64,000 nucleotides of DNA from Sphyrna mokarran (lineage: Eukaryota), in assembly GCA_024679065.1 (NCBI GenBank), contig JAGIQG010000040.1, positions 11,904,001 through 11,968,000 of the forward strand, given 5' to 3'. The first letter of the stretch is position 1. Every line of letters starts with the position of its first letter. The notes under the pieces were generated by a model. It was not told where the DNA came from and made no database searches. It saw only the letters and a program-made list of their open reading frames with translations. A program made the translations under genes and the position numbers. Below, one piece after another: positions 23,463 through 37,500 of the stretch.

Positions 23463-23865
23463 AAATAGTGCAATTCAACGTTAGATGAATTGTCTTTGGC
23501 AGAATGACCTAATTCGTCCACGTCACTCACAACATCGTTCCAAAGTGCATATTCTTTTAAACTCTGTTCTAATGTCTGAATTGAAGATCGTACAGCGAAA
23601 TCTAAGTCAACCCAGCATCAAGTGCAGTAACAAAACCAGTAAGTGCTGAAAAATCTCAGCAGGTTCACAGCAGCTATGGAGAGAGAATAGAGCCAAAGGC
23701 AGGAGTGTAGATGGCCATTTATCAGAAGCTGACTGTCCGGTTTAATAATTTGATCTGTTAATATCCATCTCCCTTACCAGTGCTGATTTGATGTTTCTGC
23801 ATTCCCATCGGCCTCGAGGGCGCTGGAGGATAAAAGCCAGAGGAAGCAAAGTGTAAGCAATATTC

Positions 23866-23915
23866 TTCTTCTGCTCCTCCCCCCCCCACCTTCTTCTTCT
23901 TCTTCTTCTTCTCCA
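23866..23915. repeat. (CTT)n microsatellite
   Basis: CTTCTTCTT... tandem array. Confidence 0.85.
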
Positions 23916-25009
23916 TCTTCCGTTTTCCCTTTTTCTTTTTCCCTCTCTTACCAATGTTAATATGTATACAGATGCTTTTGTTGCTAAGCTATGTTTCAAT
24001 GGTTGTGATCATCGTTAACAATTCATCATTCGTCTGCATCACTATTTCGCCAGTCTGAGTTCTGGCTTCGTTCATAAACTGCAAGGACTCAACAACCTCT
24101 GAACCTTCTGACAGACATTTACACACCTCATTCCACAAAGGCTTGAGAGAGCTGACCCCCTCATTGAGTTATTCACTTTCTTAATGTGAAGAGTCCACCA
24201 AAAAACGATGGTTTCCACAAATTTTACTGAGAACAAATTAAAATTGCATTTGCAGTTTTATCTGGCTTCAGATTGACACGTTATGGAATTTACCCGAAAT
24301 ACGTTGGAATTTAGAACTATTTATGTGATGCTATTTAAATGTTTTCTGAATTATTTTGACCTGAACACCTGTTAAATTCGTTTTTCTTGTGGGGATATCA
24401 ATTGCCTGATCACTGAAAATAATTCAATTGATTTTGAAATTAACTGTCATTGTCATAAAGTTCGCGACCACAAAAATAAGCCAGGGCCACGAGAAAGAGA
24501 TGTAAAATTGAAGTTACGCTGGCAAATCTAAACAGGATACAATTCAGTAAATTATTCGTATGCCTCGACTGGCGAGGTACTAAAATGCTGTCTTCGGTTA
24601 TTTAGACTCTTGTGTATGATATTTCATATAATACATAAATTGATAATTGCACTCGCCATTTATTAATGCTTCTCTCTTGATAATGTTCTTTTGACTAAGT
24701 TAACACGGCAGGAAACGCTACTATTTGTGAAAGATTATTTTGTCTGGAAAACGTGATGAGTTAAATGAGCAAAACATAATGGATGTTCGTTTTGATCATA
24801 GTCTTGGTAGTCACAATGACATATTTGTATGAGCAGTTTAACAATTTTGTGGGCTTTATTTTTGAAAAGTTAGGCCACAGTTCAAGTGCTCTTTGGATCA
24901 TGGTGGCCTTGCCAATTGATCGACGCCTGCATGGTTGTGAAGTTACTGTAAGAGTGAGCAGGTTGAGAAGCAGCTGCAATGCTACCACTCATATCATCAT
25001 ATGGCGTGT

Positions 25010-25082
25010 GCCTGGCTCGGTAACGTGGTAGAGCATGAGACTCTTTATCTCAGGGTCGTGGGTTCGAGCCCCACGTTGGGCG
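25010..25082 (+). tRNA. trnaK-CUU: tRNA-Lys(CTT), probable pseudogene
   Basis: 3' two-thirds matches Lys-CTT (GAGCATGAGACTCTTTATCTCAGGGTCGTGGGTTCGAGCCCCACGTTGGGCG); D arm degraded and A37>T. Confidence 0.85.
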
Positions 25083-25904
25083 TTGTTGTGTTTAAACTTT
25101 GCTTCATTGTTGGGTGAATTCCAGATGTCAGGTCTTTCTCATTTCTATTTTGTTTATCTCACAGTTGTGTGTTTGTAACTGAAAACTGCCACCAGTTCAC
25201 TGGGAAGGGGCATGTTTAGCGCTAAACTCAGTGAGAGGCTTTGTTCTCATTTATTATGAGGTTTAAATCCAGATCTGGGAGATTGTATCAGTGGGAACAA
25301 TCATTACCTCCACTGTAATTCAATCACTCCAAACTTCCATCCTATCAAAAGAGTGTTTGTTTTTTTTTTCTCGCTCTCTATTTTCCTTGACTGCATACTT
25401 GATGTAAATCATTAAATTACTCATTTGTTCCAGTTAGGGTCAAATGTTAGCAATCTGAAGCATTTCCTCTCTTTCCCTCTGCACAGAAGTTGTTGAAGCT
25501 GATGAATCTTCCAACATTTTTCAGTTTTGAGATGGGATTTGCAGCAACTACAATTCCTTGTTTTGGATCACAGTGAATCACTTTTCTCTGACTAAACCAT
25601 AACTGTTTAAAGAGTTAAAGCGCTGAGGTTTAAAATAATAGGACACCAAAATATGTCACCCTGTCTGACATGAAATGAAACAAAATGAAAATTAATCATT
25701 TGATAAGATGTTGCTAGTGCAGTATGTATGTTTCGTTGTCAATGCGAACGTTTGTTGCCCATCCCTATTTCCATCTGAACTGAGATTTTGCTGGGTCATT
25801 TCAGAGGACAGTTAAGAATCAATCACATTCCCTTGTATCTGCAATCCCATGGAGGCTAGAAAATGGAAGAAAGACAGACTTTCTCCTCAAACACATTCGC
25901 CCCA

Positions 25905-26210
25905 GTGTCAGCATGGTGGTGCAGTGGTTAACACTGCAGCCTCATAAGGCTAGGAAGCTGGGTTTGATTCCTGGCTTGGGTCACTGTCTGTGTGGAATCT
26001 GCATATTCACCCCGTGTCTGTTTGGATTTCCCCTGGGTGCTCTGGTTTTCCCTCACAGTCTGAAAGATGCGTAGTTTAAGCAGATTGACTGTGCAAAGCT
26101 CTCCCTTTATGTTCAAAGATGTGCAGGTTCGGGGGATTAGAAGGTAATGTGGGGTCAAGAGAATAGGGTAAGATGCTCTGTTCAGACTCGATGCACTGTA
26201 GGGATTCTCC
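25905..26210 (+). mobile_element. tRNA-derived V-SINE (HE1-like)
   Basis: tRNA-like head GCATGGTGGTGCAGTGGTTAACACTG...GGTTTGATTCC plus V-domain GTCTGTGTGGAATCTGCATATTCACCCCGTG. Confidence 0.8.
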
Positions 26211-26257
26211 GATTTTAATGGGAAAGGGGATAGTTTGATATCTGCGGGAGATCATTG

Positions 26258-26555
26258 CAACACGGTGGCTCAGTGGATAGCATTGCTGTCTCACAGCGCC
26301 AGGAAGCCAGACTTGATTCCCAGTTTGGACCACTGTATGAGGATACACATTTCCCCCATGTCTATATGTGTTCCATCTGGATGTTCCGGTTTCCTCCCAC
26401 AGTCTGAAAGCCAGATTAGTTATGGTGCATCGACGGTGCTAAGTTTTCACTCAACGTACTTAAACAAGAGTGTGGCGACTAGGAACTTTTCACAGTAACT
26501 TCATTGCAGTGTTAATGTAAGCCCACTTACTCGCGACATTAATAAATAAACTTAA
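26258..26555 (+). mobile_element. tRNA-derived V-SINE
   Basis: CACGGTGGCTCAGTGGATAGC head, V-domain, AATAAATAAAC tail. Confidence 0.8.
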
Positions 26556-26800
26556 ATTGAAGGTCAAGTTGCCGCTCTGACACTGTGCTTTCTTGTTTAA
26601 ACACTGTGCAATGCTGAGACTGGGGAGAGGAGTGAACAACAGGGAGCAGCATTGCAGCTTCTCTCCCCCCATTGAAACTGGGATTGTTGCTCCATCTGCT
26701 GCACCATCCCCACCACATCCACTGGGGGGCAATCTGGACAATGGGCTGCAGGCAGGACCTCACTGCGCCTGCGCCACAATCACACCCACCGCCGGCGGCC

Positions 26801-27480
26801 ATCTTGCGTTGCCAGGGGAGACGGCCAGCGGCCATCTTGCGTTGCCAGGGGAGACGACATCAGTGGCGGGGAGCTCGCGCGTTGCACTCTGGGATAATTT
26901 ACTGTCGCGCATGCACCCAAACAGTTACATTTTAATCTTTTAATATTTTGAATCTTGATGATTATTATTCACATTCTCACCCGTCAGACTTTCGGTTCCT
27001 TCTCCATTCGGGAATATCGTTTCTTGTTTTTCCATTCCGTCTTTTTTCCAACCACACCCGCGCGGTGCTCTGGGAAAATGCTGCAGCACATGCGCAATTC
27101 TGCCACCTGCCTCTTCATAATAATGTATTTTATTTAATTTTAATTCCGAACCCGGCGGGATTTCCGGGTGGGAATTTCTCTCACTTTCCACATTTTTGAA
27201 CAGTCGCTTTTTCCTTTTTGTTTCAAAATAAACGGCGGGGGGGGGGAGGGCTGATGGTGAAGTCACAACAACATGGCGGCTGCCCCTTCCCTGCAGGCCC
27301 ATGATGTTCTGCCAACGAGCAGCGGCTGGGCCGGAGTGGGCAAGAGGTGACACTGGGCGGAGCACCGTCCGGCGTGTTACATCCACCCCTGGTGGTCAGG
27401 AAGCTAAATAGCAGCAGCATAATCTCTGCCCAAAGGCTTCCCCAGTTCAGCTGCTGAAAGACACTGGGAATCTCTTCAAC
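26801..27480 (+). repeat. Left arm of a diverged inverted repeat; CpG-rich promoter-like element
   Basis: Reverse-complement similarity to 29566-30215; YY1-like GCCATCTT x2 (33-bp tandem) and AACATGGCGG; NRF1-like GCGCATGC. Confidence 0.8.
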
Positions 27481-28199
27481 CGGAAAATTCAGCTTTTCAC
27501 ATTCACCCTGTGTTCTGTCTTGGTTTAATAGACAACCTCTGCAGTGAAATCAAAAACAACTTGTTCACATTAAAGGGGATGGGAATCTGAACCATTCTGC
27601 TCAAAAGCTCTGCTTGCCTTGAAATTTCAATTGAAAAGTTCAAGATGAGAATTTATAGATGCAAGTCATTTTGCATGTGGAATGCCCATGATGCCAAAAT
27701 ATGATCAGTACAGGCATTTCACAAAATTGTTTGACTGGAAAAATGACAGAGGTGGATGGTTAAATATAGAGTTACATGGTTTGAAGCTCAGTTTGGGTAA
27801 AAATTGGCAGTACAAAGAATAATTCACAAAAAAATGAACCTATTCACAGAATCTATACCAATCTCAGGAACAGTGACAGGTGAACTCAAAGACATACACA
27901 CACGATAACATTTACAGATATGCACTCTCAAACCGACACAGGAAAACTCACATACACACACACAAACACATATACAGATATACACAATCTCAATCAAATA
28001 GCTGCAGACAAACTGGCAGACACACACAATCCCATTCACGAACACACACAGATATACACACAAAACGTAGACTTACACAAACACAAGGACTGACACACGC
28101 AGACATACAACTATCACACACACTGTCACAAACACAGAGGTAAACTGAGATAATGACCAGTTGATGTTAATCTCTAATCCCCTTGCTGGGAACTAAAAT

Positions 28200-29200
28200 A
28201 ATGTAAGAACTCTCACAACATAGACAGGGATCACGGGTAGAGGTGGGAACATCGGGGTGGCGGCATGGGCTCGTTGGGCTGAAGAGCCCGTTTCCCGTGC
28301 TGTTTTGTTCTTTGTTCTTAACACCAGCTTAAATTACACCCGACTTATTTGGTAGCAAAATCCACTAGCTTTCGAGCACTACTCCTTCATCAGGTGAGTG
28401 GGAGTTCTGTTCACAAGCAGGGCATAAAAAGACACAAACTTAATTTACACAATAATGGTTACAATGCGAGACTTTACAGGTAATCAAGTCTTAAAGATAC
28501 AGGCAATGTGAGTTGGGAGAGAGCTAAGCAAGTTTAAAGAGATGTGCATTGTCTCCAACCGGGATAGTTAGTGAGATTTTGCAAGAACAGAGAAAGTCAT
28601 GGGGGTTTCAGTTAGTGTGACATGAACCCAAGATCCCAGTTCAGGCGTTCTCATGTGTTTAGAATTTGGCTATCAGTCTGTGCTCAGTGATTCTGTGCTG
28701 TCGTGTGTGGTGAAGGGTGCCTTGGAGAAAGTGTACTGAAGATCAGAGGCCGAATGCCCGTGACCACTGAAGTTTTCCCCGACAGGAAGAGAATACTCTT
28801 GCCTGATGTTTGTCGACTGGTTTTTATTCAACCTTTGTGGTAGTACCTGCATGGTCTACCCAATGTACCATGCTCTGGATATCCTTTCCTCCAGCATATC
28901 AGGTAGATAACGTTGGCCGAGTTGCAAGGATATGCGCCGTGTACTGGGTGGATGGTGCTCTATGTGAGACTGTACCTTTAACACTTGATTACCCGTAAAG
29001 ACTCGCATTCCAACCATTATTTTGCAAATTGAGCTTGTATTTTTAAATGGCCTGTTTGTGAACAGAACTCTCACTTATCTGACGAAGGGGCAGTACTCTG
29101 AAAGTTTTTGCTACCAAATAAACCTGTTAGACTTTAACCCGGTGTTGTGAGACTTCTTACTATGTTTAGCTCAGTCTAATGCAGGCATCGCCACGTCATC
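28200..29200. mobile_element. Penelope-like element remnant with inverted pLTRs; CR1 tail nested at ~28219-28320
   Basis: Minus-strand relic LPVGENFSGHGHSASDL...RLIAKF*THE...DLGFMSH (GIY-YIG C-terminus); hammerhead motifs in both arms. Confidence 0.8.
28363..28396 (-). ncRNA. Minimal type I hammerhead ribozyme motif of a Penelope pLTR
   Basis: CAC-CTGATGA-AG-GAGT(AGT)GCTC-GAAA-GCTA-GTG: both catalytic boxes, stems I and II, and a palindromic mini stem III. Confidence 0.6.
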
Positions 29201-29565
29201 ACTAAAATCATCACAGAAGTTAATCAAAAGTTTGTGAAACAAGAAAATGTATAAATGTACCCCATAGCTCAGAATGGGGGTACAATTGATGATTTCTCGG
29301 TCGTCTGTGATCTTTGAACAAATACACAATTAGAAAGATTATAATATTTGAATTGTAATATCTAATAAATAAAGTATCTGGGAACAGAGTGGATTTGATA
29401 CAGACTGGAAGACAGACTGAGGTAATGAGATTGAAGCAGCTGTTCTGAATGAATGGTTTTATTGCAGAGAGGGATATGTGGATGGGAGAGAGAGAGATGG
29501 ATGGAAAGAAGGAGGGAGGGTGAGATGGATGGAGAGGTGGATACGTGTGAATGTGAGAAGCTGAA

Positions 29566-30215
29566 GTTGAAGAGGTTCCCAGTATCTCTGATCAGCTCAA
29601 CTGGGGAAGCCTTTGGATAGAGACGGTGCTGCTGCTATTTCCTTTCCTGACCATCAGTCGTCGCTGTCACACGCCCGGGCGCTGCTTCGCCCAGTGTCAC
29701 CTCTTGCCCGCTCCGGCCTTGTTGCTGCTCGTTGGTGGAACATCCGGGGCCTATAGAGAGGCGGGATCAGCCGCCATATTGTCGTGACGTAAGAGTCAGC
29801 CCCTCCCCCACGGTCGAGGAAAAAGTGACGGTTCAGAAAGGGAGAAAGTGAGAAAAATTCCCACCCGCAAATCCCGCCGGGAGCGGAATTAAAATTAAAT
29901 AAAATACATATTTATATAAAGCAGCAAGTAGTGGAACTGCGCATGTGCTGCAGTATTTTCCCAGCGTACACCGCGCTTTGTTAAACAAAGACGTAATTAA
30001 AAAAACGATATTCCCGATTGGAGAAGGAACCGAAAGCCTGACGGTGAGGATGTGAATAATAATCATCAAAAATTCAAAATATTAAAAGATTAAAATGTTA
30101 CTGCCTGGGCGCCTGTGCGGCAGTGGAATTCCCCCAGAGTGCAGCGCGCAGGATGCCGTTTTCCCCCCCGGAAACGCAAAATGGCCGCTAGCCGTCTCCC
30201 CTGGCAACGCAAGAT
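29566..30215 (-). repeat. Right arm of the diverged inverted repeat
   Basis: Reverse complement of 26801-27480; CAGCCGCCATATT, TGACGT and TGCGCATGTGC motifs. Confidence 0.8.
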
Positions 30216-30229
30216 TGTCCAGAAGGCCT

Positions 30230-31430
30230 ACGCCACTGGAGAATTGTGCTGTGCCTGCTACCATCTGGCAAACTGATTTCAATCATTTACATCCGATCAT
30301 AGGTACACTGAAAATATAGGGGGGATAACCTCTTGTAATTTTGGATTTTATTTTAAAGGTGCAGAAGGTGCCCCATATGAGACAACCCCACGCGCCTCAC
30401 CCCCACCTCCCACCCCACATATTCCATGCGCACCCAGCAGAAGGGATTCTTCAATTCTTGGCAATAAAATGAAACACAACTTACTCCAACTCGTAAAGCA
30501 AACAGAAACCTTTAATGAAGAAACTTCATGACTCCAACACTTGAGTCCTCACCCTGGGCCATTCCAAGCTCCCACAAACGCCAGCATCTTCTTACTTATA
30601 CTGAGTCAGTTGGTCAGCTGACAGCATATCATTTTCTCACTGTTTAGATAGCTTACAGTTTCTTCCCGTTGGTCACTATAAAAGATCTAATGTGATTCTG
30701 TTGATTGTTGATTTGTTTCCATTCTAATATTCCACTCAAACGCGCCTCTCCCACAACCTGATCCCTGCCAACCAACCAACCCAAACACATCACTTCCTAG
30801 TCATTTCCCAGTTACTGTGATCCCACCAGTTCCCCAGATTTTCTATCTCGTCCCTGTTCATGGTGTTTGAGACCTGACCCACTGCAGTGGTGTCATCAGC
30901 AAACTTGGATATAAAGTTGGAAGGGAATTTGGCCATGCAGTCATCAGTGTATGAGGAGTATAGCAAGAGGCTGAGGACACAGTTCTGTGGGGCATCACAT
31001 ATGAGGATCATTGTGGAGGAGGTGATTTGACTGTTCTTATTTATTGCTATCTGTCAGGGTCAGATTACAGAGGTAGGAGCCTAGCCCCAGGCCAAGACTT
31101 TGTACATGAGTTTCATTGGAATAATGATGTTAAAGGCTGAGCTGTAGTCGATAAGCAGGAGTCAGTGTTACGATGTTGACTGTAGGCCCACAGAAATGGC
31201 ATCAGTAACCTGTTGTGGAGATAGGTGAACTGTAATGGATCCAGGCAATCCAGAAGGCTGGAACTGATTCATGCCATAACTAATCTTTTGCTGCATCATA
31301 TAATATTGGACATATGAGTCATTAAGACAGGCTGCTTGATTTTTGTTTGATTGCGGATTTGGTTTGATGTGTTTTTTTAACCTGGTGTATAGATCAGCAA
31401 TTTCCCTACTGGGAGAAGACTCAGTGAGCT
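30230..31430 (+). repeat. Third, more diverged partial copy of the GPCR-intron segment (16410-17498 / 36495-37715)
   Basis: Starts CCACTGGAGAATT...GTGCCTGCTACCATCTGGC and carries the same Rex RT fragment. Confidence 0.8.
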
Positions 31431-32122
31431 CCGCTTGTCCATTGGTAAGGCCACAGCTGGAATCGTTAGTGTACGTTTGACCTGCATCATTTGATGGGCA
31501 ACACGACAGCTCAGTGACTATCGCTGTGCTGTGCAGATACATGGATTTGGGCCTGTGTCTGTGGGAGTTTGCGCATTCTCCCCGTGCTTGCGTGGGTTTT
31601 CTCCGGGTGCTCCGGTTTCCTCCCACATCCCAAAGATGTGCTCTTAGGCTAATTGGCAAAACAAATTCTCCCTAAATTGTCTCAAATTTGGTTTTTAATC
31701 CATAGATCTATAAACATAGACAGGGATCACGGGTAGAGGGGGAACATCGGGGTGACGGCACGGGCTCGTTGGGCCGAAGGGCCTGTTTCCCGTGCTGTTT
31801 TGTTCTTTGTTCTTTGTAAGATACTATATTCAGGTAATATTCAGTCGTGGATTCACTGGCGGGAGGGGTACAGTTTCAAGTCATGTTGTTGACGCTGGAT
31901 TGATAACGTGGAGAAGCAGGCTGAAGCTTTGAGAACCAGGGTTCGAATTCCAACACAGCAAGTTAACTGAATTCAAGGCAAAGTAGAATGACTGTGAGTG
32001 AGAATAGAAAATTTCAATTATGCAACATTTCCTCATTAGATCGAATATATTTTGACCATGTTTCTGCCAATTTTGAAGCGTCCGACCAGTATGTAAATAT
32101 TGCTGCAGTGTTTTTTCACTAT

Positions 32123-32195
32123 GGGCCAGTGGCGCAATGGGTAACGCGTCTGACTACGCATCAAAAGATTCCAGGTTCGACTCCTGGTTGGCTCG
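32123..32195 (+). tRNA. trnaR-ACG: tRNA-Arg(ACG), degenerate duplicate
   Basis: As 12064-12136 but G37>C and anticodon stem TCAGA>TCAAA. Confidence 0.85.
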
Positions 32196-32864
32196 TTGTG
32201 TAATTTTCACATTAGTTCATAAACTCCATAGTATTGTTGATGAAAAGTATATTTCCACTAATTTTCAACCAATTCAAAGAAATGTTGACCAAATGCAGTC
32301 AGCTTCTATGAAGATATTTATCTTAGTTACTTATTTTTCAAAAACAATGTTGACTAAAAAGACTGAAATACTTTAAGTCCTTTTGAAAAAAAAAGATTTT
32401 TTAAAATGACAAATTCTCGTTAAAGTATTTGGGAAAAATACTTCAGCAAGTTTAAGTTACCTTCTAAAAAGTTGGAAATTTCTCGAAAAGAAATGGAAAC
32501 TACATTTTTTTCAGAATGGTGAAAACTGTTCCTAAAAAAAAGTTGACGAAATCTGTTGAAGAATTTCTTTTAAACATGTTTAATTTTAAGAAGCAAAATA
32601 CACAGAATTGTTTTTTTAAAAGTTTCAGTTAAAACAAATGGAGGAACTTTTTGGAGTAAATTTTATTTAAAAAAGTTCAAATTAGCCAGAAGTTTCTGGT
32701 CTGCGATGCTGGGATTCTTGTCCATTGGAGCGAAGGAAATTGAAGAGTGATTTAATCAAGGCGGACGAGATTAGGGCAAGTTTAGAAGAGGGGCGGCAAT
32801 TTATAAGATTTGGGGCAAGGCGGGGGCATCACACATGCACACACACTTACTCTCTCTCTCTCCC

Positions 32865-32921
<57 letters not shown>

Positions 32922-33184
32922 CACACTTTCTCGATAATTGCCAGGCTCGAGTCGAATTGTTATTGTGTGACACCAACCGCTTCTTTTCTTTTGCAACAGA
33001 GAAGTTAAAGAGCAGCGAATGCACGAAAAACACTGACGTTGCACGCAGCAGGCACCAGAGGATTATCATACTGTGCATTCTCATACCAATTGAACTGGCT
33101 GACAAATTATGCTCTCCTTTGGTGCTTTGTAATAAATTTAAACGAAACACTCTTCAGTAAATCAACCATCTGCATATGAAAACG

Positions 33185-33256
33185 AGGTCCCACCGAGATT
33201 TGAACTCGGATCATTGGGTTCAAAGTCCAGAATGCTCACCATTACACCACGGAACC
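33185..33256 (-). tRNA. trnaQ-UUG: tRNA-Gln(TTG), degenerate duplicate
   Basis: As 13116-13187 but anticodon stem 3' side TCCAG>CCCAA. Confidence 0.85.
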
Positions 33257-34570
33257 CAATACGCAGTAATAGCCTGAAAATCGTGATTCAATGTTTCTGC
33301 CACCATAAATAAGAAGAGAGAAATGTGAGTCCCGTTAAACAATCCCGTCAATGACCAACACCAATTCATACTTACATTGCCCTTGCTGGCTTCTCTTGTA
33401 AAAACTGAGTAAGTTGCCTTCAACTGCATTAAATTTCACTGTAGCTGCCCACATTCAAAAAGCAATGTTAGCAGAGAACTGATCTGGACCTTACTGTGGT
33501 AAATCTATTGACCAACATCAGCTTATCACAGCTCTGCTTTCATCACACTGTCCCTTACATTTATTTTCACCTGGAATTTGCATATTTTGATCTCTTAATA
33601 CGCAGCCAGCAGCTCCCTTCTTAGCCATGATCATCACCATTTATTTTTTATTATTGATGTGAAATATTTGTCGTCACTCCTTTATTCACTGTTCTGACCA
33701 ATGAAACAAGTATACCGAATGTCTTCTTCACCACTGTAGCCACCTGTGACTCCACTTTCAAGGAGCTATGAACCTGTACTCTCCCAGATTTCTTGGTTCT
33801 TTAACTGTCCCCAATACCTCAGCATTAACTAATTGCTGTCCTGGTTCAGTCTATCAAATGCATCACCTCACATTTATCCAAATTAAACTCCATCTGCCTT
33901 TCATTAACCCACTGGCCCAATTGATCAAGATCCCTTTACAATCCGAGATAACTTTTTTTTCACTATCCACTGTGCCACCAATCTTGGTGTCATTTGCAAA
34001 CTTATTAACCATACCTCCTAAATTCTCATCCAAATCATTAATATAAATGACAAATCACAATGGATCCACCCATGGTGTTAGAAATCACAAGTTATTTTCT
34101 CCAAGATTTTGGGTTCAGACTTTCCCCACTTTTTCACTGATGCGATGCTGACAGCTCTACATTTCCAGGTTTAAAATGTTCTCCCAGGTTAGGGGAACAT
34201 TTGCATAATGTGTTTCTTTTTTTTTTGTCACAATCCTATCTCCCAGCAGCATTGAAAGATACTGGTCAATCCTTCCGATTTTTTTTCCCCAAAATTCCTT
34301 CTGTCTGGAACGCTTACACAAACCCTGACTTTTTTTGTGATGCATTTACAAAAAATATTTTGGATGGAAAATATTAACCTGTTTGTTCAGTGACTGTAAT
34401 TAATGTCGGAATTAATTCAACAGTAGTAATCGTGTCTCTGGAGCATTCCCATCCATGCTTCATAAAGGAGTTATGGACGGTGTCAGTGGGAGCGTCACAG
34501 TGATAAGCAACTCCACAGAGAAGGAGTCGAGGTATCGAAGTTGGGAGAAAGAAATTGCAAGCTTTCGGAA

Positions 34571-37500
34571 ATGGATCTGAATCCACAAAAAGTAGATCTG
34601 GATGTTCCCACAATGGTTCAGCATCTGAGGGACACAGATCAGAATGTTACAACAATTGAGAGGAGTTTATCTTCGATACTTCACATTCTTTCTCAAGATT
34701 GGCTGTCTACAACTGAGCGTGTTGGATATGTACTGAAACTGGTTCGATACTTTTACTATCCAATCCTGGCTATTGTTGGTGTCCCTGGTAAGTATCTCCA
34801 CTGATTATTAATGGTGTCGACTGTATTTAACTCTGCCACTCTTGCCGTCTGCTCTACCCTGTTTGCTACTGTTGCTTATGGTCTGCGTCCTTATTGAGTT
34901 ATCACATGTACAAAGCGCTGATCACTGTCCTAATGATGCCTGTGTTGTGCAGTTGAGTTTGTAAAGATGGAAAAGATGTTTAGAAAGATGAAAAAGAATT
35001 GTGAAAACCGATAGGAAGGGGAAAAGTATGCGATCTCTTTAAAATTTTGTTTTTGTTTGACGCTGAGATGTTTAAATTGCAGAGTACACAGAAACTTTAA
35101 GTTGCAACATTTATTCCAGGGGCCAAAAACAAAGGAGTTGCCTTGGTAACCGGCATGGTATGTTTTGCATTGTGGTCAGCACAGTACGAAGTCACACAAC
35201 ACCACTGTAGTCCAACAGATTTATTTGGCACCTTTGGCTTTTGGAATGTTGTTCTTTCTTCAGGCGAGTGAGGAGTTGTGTTCAAAAATAGGACATATAA
35301 AGACACAAACTCAATTAACAAAATAATGGTTCGAATGTGAGTCTTTACAGGTAAGCAAGTCTGAAAGATACAGACAATGTGAGTGGAGAGAGGGTTAAGC
35401 ACACGTTAAAGAGGTGTGTATTGTCTCCAGCCAGGGCAGTTAGTGAAATTTTTGCAAGTCCAGGCAAGTCGTGGGAATTACAGATAACGTAACTTAAACC
35501 CAAGATCAGGGTTGAGGCTGTCTTCATGTGTGCGGAACTTGGCTATCAGTCTCTGTTCAATGATTCTGCACTGCCGTGTGTCTTGAATGCCTCTTTAAAG
35601 AATGCTTACCTGAAGATCTGAGGCCGAATGCCAGTGACTGCTGAAGTATTCCCCAACTGGAAGAGAACGCTCCTGGTGATCGACAAACCTGGGTTTGCAA
35701 AATCTCACTAACTGTCCTGACTGGAGACAATACAAAACTCTTTAACCTGCACTTGGTGCTCTCTCCAATCACATTGTCTGTATCTTTAAGGCTTGATTAC
35801 CTATAAAGACTCACATTCCAATTATTATTTTGTAAATTGAATTTGTGTCTTTATATGCCTTGTTTGTGAACAGAACTTCCACTCACCTGATGAAGGAGCA
35901 GCGCTCGAAAAGCTTCTGCTGCCAAATAAATCTGTTGCATTTTAACCTGGTGTTGTGAGATTTCTTACTGTACTTATCACAGTCCAATGCCAGCATCTCC
36001 ACATCTTGGTTTTGCATTGTGCCAGCCCATGAATTTAAATAAAACACACAGCTAAGGGGACCTATTTGAAGTTATTGTTGCCAACCTCAAGCCAGTCTGA
36101 GTCCGGGGTTGTTGATGGGTCATTAAGATTATATTTAAAAAACGCAACTGCCTTCAGGGCAGATCCATCAGTGCTTGAGCCAGGAGTACAACCAGAAGCA
36201 GGGCCCGATCACCTGAAACAGTTAGATTTAAGACAGACATGGGGAGAAATCACTTCTCTCAATGAGTGATGAATCTGTTGAATTCATTACCTGAGAGTGT
36301 GGTGGATGTTAGGACTTGATGAACTCGAGGAGACAGAGTTTTGAATAGTGATAGATTAGAGCATGGGCTGGGGGTGCGGCTTGTGGGGAGAGGATGCTTG
36401 GTAATGGAAAGGGGGAAGAGTGGATTGGGTAGTATTGTACTTGTTGTGCCTCTGATAGTTAAGGGTTCACTTGGCAATTGTCCAGAAGGCCTATTCCACT
36501 GGAGAATTCTGCTGTGCCTGCTACCACCCGGCCAACTTACATCAGATCATAGATTCACTAAAACAAAATAGTGGGGAAAACTCTGGTGACTTTGGATTTT
36601 ATTTTAAAGGTGCAGACCATGCCCCTATGGGACAGCGCCACACGCCCTAACCTCCCCCCATCCCCACACTACTCCCCTCCCCCATCCTCAGTATTCTGTG
36701 CACATTCAGTAGAAGGGATTCTTTAGTTCCTGACAATGAAATGAAACAAAACTTTTTTCCAACTTGTAAAACAAATAAAAAGCTTTAATAAAGAAACTTC
36801 ATAACTCTTACTCGAGGCCTCACCCTGGGTCAGTCCAAACTCCCACAAACACCAGCAGCTTCCGACTGAAATTGAGTCATCTGATCACCACACCATTTTC
36901 TCATTGGTCAGATAGCTTACAGCTTGTTCCCATTGGCCACTGTAACACATCTAATGTGATTCCTTTGGTTGTTACATTGGTTCCATTCTAACATTCCACT
37001 CAAACCCGCCTCCTCCTCAATCTGATCCCTGACAACGCAACCAACCCAAACCCATCACTTTCCAGTCACTTTCCAGTTATTATGCTCCCACCAGTTTACC
37101 AGATTCTCCGTCTCTTCCCTGTTCCTGTTGTCAACATTGTTTGAGATCTGACCCACTGCAGTGGTGTCATCAGCAAACTTGGATATCACGTTGGAGGGGA
37201 ATTTGGTCATACAGTCATCGGTCTATAAGGAGTATAGTAAGGGGCTGAGGACACCGTGTTGTGGGACACCGCTTATGAAAATGATTGTGGAGGAGGTGTT
37301 TTGACTGTCCTTATTTATTGCTGTCTGTCAGGATCAAATTGCAGTGGGATGAGCATAGCCCCCAGGCCACTGACTTTGTACATGAGTTTCATTGGATTAA
37401 TGTTGTTAATGGTTGAGCTGTGCTCGATAAATAAGAGTCAGTGTCACATTGTTGACTGTAGGTCCAGGGCGATGGTATCGGTGGATTGTTGCAGAGACAG

